This document shows, one piece after another, positions 57,089-64,000 of a stretch of 64,000 nucleotides of DNA (positions are counted from its first letter, which is position 1; each line of letters starts with the position of its first letter). Location: assembly GCA_963674705.1 (NCBI GenBank), contig OY771506.1:3904001-3968000 (forward strand), written 5' to 3'. The DNA comes from Phycisphaeraceae bacterium. Its GTDB lineage: Bacteria > Planctomycetota > Phycisphaerae > Phycisphaerales > Phycisphaeraceae. The notes beneath the pieces were generated by a model that was not told the DNA's origin, ran no database searches, and saw nothing but the letters and a program-made list of their open reading frames with translations. The position numbers and the translations under genes were made by a program.

Positions 57089-57954
57089 AAGTCAGATGGT
57101 TTTTCCAGGCTGATCTGCCCGAGCTTGCCACCACGCAACTCGCGCAAGACTAATTCACCAGCACGAGAGTGATCCACTTCACCGCCGCCGATCAGACAGC
57201 CGCGTTTCTTGCCGATCGTTTCGAGCAGATGCAACGGCTCATCTTCCGGTTCGCCAAGCTTGTAGCGTTCGCGTAGCGCTTCAGGGTATTGCTTCGCGAG
57301 ATACCGTAGCGCGATTAACGCCACCTCGGCGTAATCCACTACCGTATCCTTGATCGCGCCGCTGACCGCGAGTTTGTCGCCGACGCCCGGATCGTCAAAC
57401 TTGGGCCAAAGGATGCCGGGGGTATCCACCAGTACGATCCCGCCCTGCAGTTTGACTTCCTGACGCCCCTTGGTGACCGCAGGTTCATCCCCGACCTTCG
57501 CCACCCGTTTCCCACGCAGCGCATTGATGAGGGTGGACTTGCCCACGTTCGGAATCCCCACGATCATCACGCGGATCGGTTTGCCATGCTTTGGCATCCG
57601 CACCACCGATTTGCGGATCAGGTTAGGCAATCGTTTGACGCTCTTGTTATCGCGCACATCCAGTGCCAGTGTTTTCACACCACGTACTGTCTCGAAGTAC
57701 TCCCGCCAGGTTTTGGTGATCTCGGGATCCGCCAGGTCTGACTTAGTCAGCAGCGTAATACAAGGTACATCGCCGTGCACTCCGTTTTCGCCTTTACCGG
57801 GGATATTCCTCCGCAACTCATCCAGCAGGGGATTGCTAGAGGACATCGGCAGCCGCGCATCAAGCAGCTCGATCACCACGTCGCAAGTCGGCATCAACGC
57901 CTCAAGCGATTGGCGGGTTTTATGCATGTGGCCGGGGAACCAGTTGATCGTCAT
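57085..57954 (-). CDS. rbgA: Ribosome biogenesis GTPase RbgA/YlqF
   Basis: INWFPGHM, DARLP.SS.NP, TKSDL, GIPNVGKSTLIN and DTPGILWP. Confidence 0.96.
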   Translation of the reverse strand: MTINWFPGHMHKTRQSLEALMPTCDVVIELLDARLPMSSSNPLLDELRRNIPGKGENGVHGDVPCITLLTKSDLADPEITKTWREYFETVRGVKTLALDVRDNKSVKRLPNLIRKSVVRMPKHGKPIRVMIVGIPNVGKSTLINALRGKRVAKVGDEPAVTKGRQEVKLQGGIVLVDTPGILWPKFDDPGVGDKLAVSGAIKDTVVDYAEVALIALRYLAKQYPEALRERYKLGEPEDEPLHLLETIGKKRGCLIGGGEVDHSRAGELVLRELRGGKLGQISLEKPSDF

Positions 57955-58039
57955 ACGGATAATCTACCAGCTACCGCGATTTGTGTTGACCGGATACTCA
58001 AATACGACGCAAAATACACATCGGGCTATAATCTCCGCC

Positions 58040-59230
58040 ATGAAGAAACTGCTGCTTATCGTGCCATTGGCCCTGATGCTGGTTCTTGTCCTTACGCCGA
58101 TCGCTCGCTGTGCTGATCCGGTCGACGACAGCCGGTCTGCTGACGATATCCGCCAAAGCGTCAGGACGATGGAGGCGGAACTCGTGAAAATCAGGCAATC
58201 GCTGCGCGAGCTTGAGGCTCAAGCCCGTCAAGGCGATGAATCGCTTCCCACCAGACTTACGAAAGATCAGATCGAAGTCTGTGAAAAGCTGAAGATCGAT
58301 CAAGATCAACTTCTAGGATTGTTGCGTAAACCACTGTATGAATTCAGTGAATCGGAAGTTGATCTGTACCTGCGTTATCTCCAGAAGTTCATGCCCAAGC
58401 TGTCCGATCGCGTCAGGCACCTGGCACGAAAGAACATCGGCCAGCCTTACGATATCTACCTGCTCGGTGAGATGCCTTTCGAGCATTACGATCCCCAGCC
58501 GATCTACTGCCTGACCAAGAGCGACTGCCTCGTGTTCTGCGAGCATACCTATGCCATGGCCCTGACCGACAGTTGGCCACGCTTTATCCGCATGCTCCAG
58601 CGCATCCGCTATGCCGACGGCCAGATCGGCGTCGCGACACGCAACCACTACACCGAAGCCGACTGGAATCCCAATAACAACTGGCTCGTTCGTGACATGA
58701 CCGAGGACCTCGCCAAACAGCACGGGGTCAAGTTCAAGCAGAAGATCAACCGCTCAAAATTCCTGCGTGGCCGATACAACCTTGAAACCGACATCCCGGT
58801 CGAAGAGCGTGTTGATACATATCTGCCTTACGAATACATCGATCAGGCCAAGTCGCACCTGCGTGACGGCGACTTCGTCAACATCGTCCGCGGCGTCGTG
58901 CCCAAGTCTGACAACAACGCCAAACCCGGCAGCATGGAGGATATCTTCGGCGGTAGCGCCTGGGTCGGCCACACCGGCATGATCGTGATTGACGAAGACG
59001 GCGAAGTCCATCTCATCCACTCCACACAGCCCCAGGTCCGTGAAGAACCGATCGACGAGTACATTGCCCGGTCCACGGAAAACAACGCAGAACGCGACGC
59101 CGCCGGCAAAGCACGCTTGCTAGGCTTTAAGTTCCTGCGTCTTCAGAATAATCCACTGGATAATCTCCAACGCATTGACGGGCGTGATGCCCCGAAAGTC
59201 ACCTTGCCCGAAGGCGGCTTGTTGCGTTGA
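58040..59230 (+). CDS. DUF1460 (NlpC/P60-type N-acetylmuramoyl amidase-like) exported protein
   Basis: Signal peptide at 58040; G.PY, DCLVFCE, IRY..G, RNHY...W, HTG and IHS. Confidence 0.85.
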   Translation: MKKLLLIVPLALMLVLVLTPIARCADPVDDSRSADDIRQSVRTMEAELVKIRQSLRELEAQARQGDESLPTRLTKDQIEVCEKLKIDQDQLLGLLRKPLYEFSESEVDLYLRYLQKFMPKLSDRVRHLARKNIGQPYDIYLLGEMPFEHYDPQPIYCLTKSDCLVFCEHTYAMALTDSWPRFIRMLQRIRYADGQIGVATRNHYTEADWNPNNNWLVRDMTEDLAKQHGVKFKQKINRSKFLRGRYNLETDIPVEERVDTYLPYEYIDQAKSHLRDGDFVNIVRGVVPKSDNNAKPGSMEDIFGGSAWVGHTGMIVIDEDGEVHLIHSTQPQVREEPIDEYIARSTENNAERDAAGKARLLGFKFLRLQNNPLDNLQRIDGRDAPKVTLPEGGLLR

Positions 59231-59275
59231 CGATTTTTAAAATGCACGCACGATCAGCAGGCTCTGGTTCCGACA

Positions 59276-59308
59276 CCCTCTCACCGCAGGAGAGGGCCGG
59301 GCTGAGGG
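59276..59308. repeat. CCCTCTC..GAGAGGG..GG.TGAGGG miniature repeat
   Basis: CCCTCTC-ACCGCAG-GAGAGGG-CCGGGCTGAGGG between convergent genes. Confidence 0.6.
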
Positions 59309-59345
59309 CCGGCTTCCTCGTGTGTAATGATTGATAAAAACCAAC

Positions 59346-60008
59346 TCACACTACTCGCCGTCGTGTCAGTATCACCAGCAACCCAATCACCCCCAATCCT
59401 GCCGGCTCAGGCACAGAACTAACTTCTGAAGGCGGGGTACCCGCGTTCCAATTGTTCAGAACAATATCCAGATCGTCCAAGCCGACATAACCGTCTCCGC
59501 TCGGATCAGCAATGATTTGAGCATTGGGTACAGATTTATTCCAATTATTGAGGATGATGTCCAGATCGTTCAATCCAACGAAAGAGTCACCATCTAAATC
59601 GCCCGGCAGGAGGAACTCCCCCGAGCCGAAGTTGGCACTGAAGTCGACACACCAGACGGCAATCCCGTTGTAATCATCGAATACTTCGCCGTTCGGCAGA
59701 TCGTAAAACAGGGGGCCCTGCGTGCCGTCATATGCCGTACCCGTAAGAATCGGCAGGATGCCTAAACCATTGACATAGGCAGAGGCATGGTTTACCGCAC
59801 CGAGATAGAAGTACACCGCGGGGCCAAGGCCGTCGTATGTGAAGTTGTCAACTCTGAATGTATCTTCGTCCACAACGGTGACCGTCCCGCTGACGTTGTG
59901 GAAACGCGTGCTTAATTCCGCCACCGCCCCGGTTACCGCCGCATCAACCCGCTGACTGACTAACAACACAACCAACAGTATCCCTACCCATAGTTTGCGC
60001 TTCTTCAT
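59346..60008 (-). CDS. DM13-domain protein with dockerin-like repeats and PEP-CTERM
   Basis: Signal peptide MKKRK..; HNVSGTV, FTYDG.GP..YFY, IAVWC..F..NFG; two GD.DGD..VGL.DLDI.LNNWN repeats; VPEP-TM-RRR. Confidence 0.88.
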   Translation of the reverse strand: MKKRKLWVGILLVVLLVSQRVDAAVTGAVAELSTRFHNVSGTVTVVDEDTFRVDNFTYDGLGPAVYFYLGAVNHASAYVNGLGILPILTGTAYDGTQGPLFYDLPNGEVFDDYNGIAVWCVDFSANFGSGEFLLPGDLDGDSFVGLNDLDIILNNWNKSVPNAQIIADPSGDGYVGLDDLDIVLNNWNAGTPPSEVSSVPEPAGLGVIGLLVILTRRRVV

Positions 60009-60306
60009 GATTCCCGCCTTTTTAATGTGGACTCGTTCAATGTGCCTTTCCGATCGTATGGATTCCCCTGTAAGAGCAAGCGTTTTGTGTGCATTTAACA
60101 ATCTGATATTGGCCTGAAACGATAAAGAACTCACGTTTCCAGGCCTGCAATATCTACACCATACATATGCACTATCACTCAATGCCCGGTTTTATTCAGT
60201 CGAATTCATCAAACGAAGAAAAACATCCGTTGCTTAGAGCACTCGGGAATCATCAACTTCATACCAATGTGTATATTGATGTACAAAAGAGATGATAGAG
60301 AAGTAC

Positions 60307-60804
60307 TTACATCACAGATTTAGTCATAAAGACATCATCGATCTCAAACTCACCGATCTGGCGATGAATTGTCCCGGCATGCTCGAAGCCCATACGCTCA
60401 TAGGCCGCGATCGCATCGCTGTTGCCGGGGTAGACAGTCAACACAATATCGCCAAGCCCCGCTCCCCGCGTCCTTTCTTCCACAAACGCTAACGCCTGTC
60501 GTGCAAACCCTCGTCCGCGATAAGCTTTGAGGATGTACAACTTACTTAACAGCATGCGAGATGGGTCTTTCTCCTCGCAAAACGCAACGTACCCAACCGG
60601 GCTGTCATGACCATCAGGCTGAATCAGGTAATAATGATAACCTTGCCTGATCTGCTCACGCACCGCATACGCACTCTGCAATCGCTCGAGGATATGTTCC
60701 ACCGTCTCGCGGCCTATCAGTGGCGTAAAGTGACGCAGCCAGATCTTCCTTGCGAGTCTGGCAACCGTATCGATCTGTCTAGGCGTTTCTACAAGCTCAA
60801 ACAT
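60307..60804 (-). CDS. GNAT-family acetyltransferase
   Basis: LSKLYI...YRGRG.A, LTV...N..AIAAYERMGF. Confidence 0.92.
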   Translation of the reverse strand: MFELVETPRQIDTVARLARKIWLRHFTPLIGRETVEHILERLQSAYAVREQIRQGYHYYLIQPDGHDSPVGYVAFCEEKDPSRMLLSKLYILKAYRGRGFARQALAFVEERTRGAGLGDIVLTVYPGNSDAIAAYERMGFEHAGTIHRQIGEFEIDDVFMTKSVM

Positions 60805-60820
60805 GATTAAACATCAAGCG

Positions 60821-61897
60821 TTATAGGCTCAGAACATTGTGACGACGGCAAATACCGATGATCTGATCGATCGGCAACTCGGGCACGCTGTGCCCATCAC
60901 GGCCGGTCGTCGTCGTAGCCATGAATAGAGAATTAAACACGGCCTCTTCCGTTGCCTCAACGACCGCTTTAAATAGCGGGCTCATCCTGCTGTTCGGCAC
61001 AACTGCAACGGCTGGATCGAGTTTGTCATCATGTGTCGGCACACGGAAGCCGGTTGAAAAGGCGATCGCATAATCCCCCGAACCATTGGACATATACGAT
61101 CCTGTCCGCCCAAGCCCCAGCATGGTTCGTGCCGCCATGCGTTTGAGGTTGCGTGCACAAAGCGGCGCATCTGTAGCGACGATGATCATGCATGATCCGT
61201 CCGCTGAGGCCGGTGTCTTAGTGCGTTCCAGTTCACGCCCGACAGGCGCCCCAAGCAGCGTCATGTCTCCGCCGTAGTTCGTCTGAATGAGTACACCGAT
61301 GGTGTAACCGCCATCGGCTTCACTGAGTTTGCGTGACGAGGTGCCGATACCGCCTTTGTAGCTGAAACAAACGGTCCCCGTCCCAGCACCGACACAACCC
61401 TCTTGAATCGACCCGCTTTTGGCATCCTTGATTGCTGCCAATACATCCTCAACAGTCACACGCAGCATGCGGATATCATTCAGATACCCGTCGTTCGTTT
61501 CGCCAACAAGCGCATTGACCGACCGCACCTTTTCATTGCCCGGCAAATCAAGCGTGTATCGGATCAACGCTTCCATACCAGTAGACACGCTCAGCGTGCT
61601 CGTCAAGACGATGGGGGTTTCCAGCGTCCCCAGCTCTTCGACTTGTGTCGAACCCGCCAGTTTGCCGAAGCCGTTGCCGACGAACACCGCCGCGGGCACT
61701 TTCTTGCGATAGAGATTCCCATCATGTGGCAGAATCGCGGTGACGCCCGTGCGGATACGATCGCCCTCGATCAGCGTCCGGTGCCCGACTTTCACACCCG
61801 CCACATCCGTGATTGCATTCAAAGGCCCGGTCGGCACCGTTCCGAATCGCAGGCCGTAGGATCGTGCTCGTTGACGTGTGTTGGTTTCCGACGGCAT
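60821..61897 (-). CDS. DmpA/P1-family (S58) aminopeptidase
   Basis: NAITDVAGVKVGH, NGFGK..G..QVEELG.LETPI.LT, GAGTG, KGGIGTSSR, DG/SC cleavage site and NGSGDYAIAFST. Confidence 0.93.
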   Translation of the reverse strand: MPSETNTRQRARSYGLRFGTVPTGPLNAITDVAGVKVGHRTLIEGDRIRTGVTAILPHDGNLYRKKVPAAVFVGNGFGKLAGSTQVEELGTLETPIVLTSTLSVSTGMEALIRYTLDLPGNEKVRSVNALVGETNDGYLNDIRMLRVTVEDVLAAIKDAKSGSIQEGCVGAGTGTVCFSYKGGIGTSSRKLSEADGGYTIGVLIQTNYGGDMTLLGAPVGRELERTKTPASADGSCMIIVATDAPLCARNLKRMAARTMLGLGRTGSYMSNGSGDYAIAFSTGFRVPTHDDKLDPAVAVVPNSRMSPLFKAVVEATEEAVFNSLFMATTTTGRDGHSVPELPIDQIIGICRRHNVLSL

Positions 61898-62042
61898 TGA
61901 TTACTCTCCGGTACCAGGATCGTACATCATACAACGCTCGCCGAGTTTGACAGCTTGACCGCGAGCCCCCAAAGTGACGCACGATATTCATGTAATCGCA
62001 TCAGAGAGGAACCAGCACTCGCTTGTTCCGGAGAAAACTTAG

Positions 62043-63500
62043 ATGGCATTTGCAATCGGTCCGATCCTGCTGCTTGGGCTGCTGATCTCCTGGCTTGTAG
62101 CGACGATCACCCTGATCGTCCTCGGCTTCCGCGGTAAAGCCCAATGGTCCAGCCCGTACTGCATCGCCTGCAAATACGACCTGCGAGGCCGCGTCCCCGA
62201 AGACACGGTAACTTGCCCGGAATGCGGTGCCGACCTGACTCGCCCAAAGACGGTCGGTTTCGTCAGGCAAGGCAAACGCCCCATGCTGATCGTGTTTGGC
62301 GTGATCGTATTCATCCTGCCGTTTCTACTCTCGATCATTGCCTGGTTCTTCCTGTCCAGCACCCGTCCTATGGGGCCTTCCATACTCGCCAGTCAATCCA
62401 ACAGCACCGTTCTGACAAACGCACAAAGGAATATCAACCAGCCCTGGGCTTGGAACGAATTAGCCAAACGTATCACCAACGGCACGCTCACCGCCGCGGA
62501 ATCCGAACAGGCCCTCAATGACCTGACCGCGTACATCAAGGTGCAATATCCCACCGGCATGGATTCACCCCTCTCATGGCAGGACGGTTTCCTGAAAGCC
62601 GGATACCAGGCAGGCCACTTCAGCGACAAGGCCCTGACGGACTTCGCATTGGCCTACTACGGCGCAAAACCCACAATCCTCGGCATCCCAAGATTACCGC
62701 ACGATCAAACCCGTCTCTCTTTCAACGTGGAATTCGGCAACCACTGGGCACTTACCAACCATGGCGGCATCCCTGTCGAGCTTTTCTGGGTGATCGAGCG
62801 CGTTGAGATAGATGGCAATCCCGTCAAACTGGATAGCACAAACTCAACATCGAATAATCGTAATGTTTCCGTCGATGTCACATCACTAGCGCCCGGCGAA
62901 CATGAGCTGAAAGTTCAACTCAGCGCCGCGCTCATCGATGTTTCCAGCAACAATCCACTGGTGCCGCATCCGGACACCAAGAATCGCTGGCCCAACGCGA
63001 TGCATAGCTGGACCGCTACTGCGGATGCAAAATTGATCAAACTTTCGGAGAAAGACCAACCGGTGTCCTTGTCCACCGATCCCTCTCTAGCGCCGGGCCC
63101 TGATGACATCACGGTCAATTACATCCTGGCCCAGCCTGAGGGGAACCGATTGCACCTCAGCCTGGAATTAAAGGTTAAAGATGAATATATCGGAGCACTG
63201 AGCTGCGATGTTTCCCTGATGTTAAACGAGCAGGAACTCAAGCTGAGCCACATGATGTACATCGCAAGCGGGAGCGGCCGATCGTATGGCAATATGCGGC
63301 AAAATCTATACATCGATGGCCTGGACCCACAGATCAAGACCGCCGACGTCATCCTGACGCCCAATCCCCGCTACGTATATAGCCGCACCAACATCGAAGC
63401 GATCTGGGGCAAACCGATCACGATCAAGGATGTGCCGATCTACCGATATGACCTGCAGGAACAGGCTACCGATGATCCCGATCTGCCGACTCAAGATTAG
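62043..63500 (+). CDS. Membrane protein: TM, Zn ribbon (CIACKYDLRG..CPECG), TM, large soluble domain
   Basis: 485-aa ORF with a GGAG RBS; the motif lies between two hydrophobic helices. Confidence 0.82.
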   Translation: MAFAIGPILLLGLLISWLVATITLIVLGFRGKAQWSSPYCIACKYDLRGRVPEDTVTCPECGADLTRPKTVGFVRQGKRPMLIVFGVIVFILPFLLSIIAWFFLSSTRPMGPSILASQSNSTVLTNAQRNINQPWAWNELAKRITNGTLTAAESEQALNDLTAYIKVQYPTGMDSPLSWQDGFLKAGYQAGHFSDKALTDFALAYYGAKPTILGIPRLPHDQTRLSFNVEFGNHWALTNHGGIPVELFWVIERVEIDGNPVKLDSTNSTSNNRNVSVDVTSLAPGEHELKVQLSAALIDVSSNNPLVPHPDTKNRWPNAMHSWTATADAKLIKLSEKDQPVSLSTDPSLAPGPDDITVNYILAQPEGNRLHLSLELKVKDEYIGALSCDVSLMLNEQELKLSHMMYIASGSGRSYGNMRQNLYIDGLDPQIKTADVILTPNPRYVYSRTNIEAIWGKPITIKDVPIYRYDLQEQATDDPDLPTQD

Positions 63501-63583
63501 TCTGTTGTTTATCACAATAGGCTGACATATTTCAGCACAGACTACGTCCACCCTCATATCGCCACGTTGCTATCATCTACCCC

Positions 63584-64000
63584 ATGCTCGATACCACGCT
63601 GTTAATCACGTTTTCGGTCCTGCTGCTGCTGGTCAACGCGGTGGGGGTGGTGCTGGTATTGCTCCAGCTTCCCGGCACGTGGCTGATGCTCGCGGCGACG
63701 GCTTTGATGGCGTGGTGGCGGTGGGATGGGCAGCTCTTTACCGTCTGGTGCCTGGGCACGCTCGTTGTCCTCGCGATCATCGGGGAGATCGTGGAGTTCA
63801 TGGGCTCGGCCGTGGGGGCGGCCAAGGAGAAGTCCTCCAAGCGAGCGATCGTGCTGTCGATCGTCGGTGGTGTGGGGGGGGCGTTAGTCGGCACAATCGC
63901 ACTGGCATTTATTCCCATCATCGGCACGCTCATCGGCGCGGTGGTCGGCAGCGGTGTGATGTCCATGCTCGGCGATCTCTGGGCCGGCCGGGAGCCGGAA
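63584..64000 (+). CDS. DUF456-family membrane protein (3'-partial)
   Basis: Open from ATG 63584 to the window edge: LPGTWL, GEIVEF, SKRA and IPIIGTLIGA. Confidence 0.8.
   Translation, partial: MLDTTLLITFSVLLLLVNAVGVVLVLLQLPGTWLMLAATALMAWWRWDGQLFTVWCLGTLVVLAIIGEIVEFMGSAVGAAKEKSSKRAIVLSIVGGVGGALVGTIALAFIPIIGTLIGAVVGSGVMSMLGDLWAGREPE

Noticed and set aside
57470..58039. N-terminal extension of the DUF1460 ORF
   Set aside because: Overlaps rbgA antisense; the signal peptide begins at ATG 58040.
1..64000. CRISPR array, IS/transposase, integrase, prophage, rRNA
   Set aside because: No regularly spaced repeats or recognisable motifs were seen on manual reading.

Overview
A 64 kb GC-rich bacterial chromosomal window. 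It is most consistent with a Planctomycetota (Phycisphaerae-like) genome, inferred from PEP-CTERM proteins with a GDxDGD...LDIVLNNWN tail, an expanded CxxCGY(D/N)LxG...CPECG membrane-protein family and a split nuo operon. Housekeeping genes include nrdJ (5'-partial, with 7 apparent homopolymer insertions, probably read errors), ispE, pcm, ilvD, coaD, rpsD, fabI, queG, nuoDEF, mrp, ackA and rbgA. Accessory genes include GH109 and GH20 glycosidases, an ArsR-YeeE/YedE-CoADR/rhodanese sulfur operon, peptidoglycan hydrolases and TPR glycosyltransferase-like proteins. No integrase, transposase, CRISPR array or rRNA was seen. The most unusual signals are: (1) a tRNA with Cys identity (GCA, U73) but a class-II, Tyr-like long variable arm; (2) next to it, a translationally coupled array of variable 2-TM proteins sharing a C-terminal Zn ribbon and a 29-nt junction repeat, with two more family members elsewhere; (3) a PspF-like sigma-54 activator with a degenerate receiver, divergent from a sigma-54-driven SPFH operon with no pspA; (4) an OrpR-like PAS/sigma-54 activator with twin near-identical -24/-12 promoters, one before a NifX-like gene and one before an M20 hydrolase, AckA and pseudo-AckA operon; (5) two candidate structured ncRNAs and several families of orphan intergenic miniature repeats. 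All calls were made by eye from motifs, without database searches.
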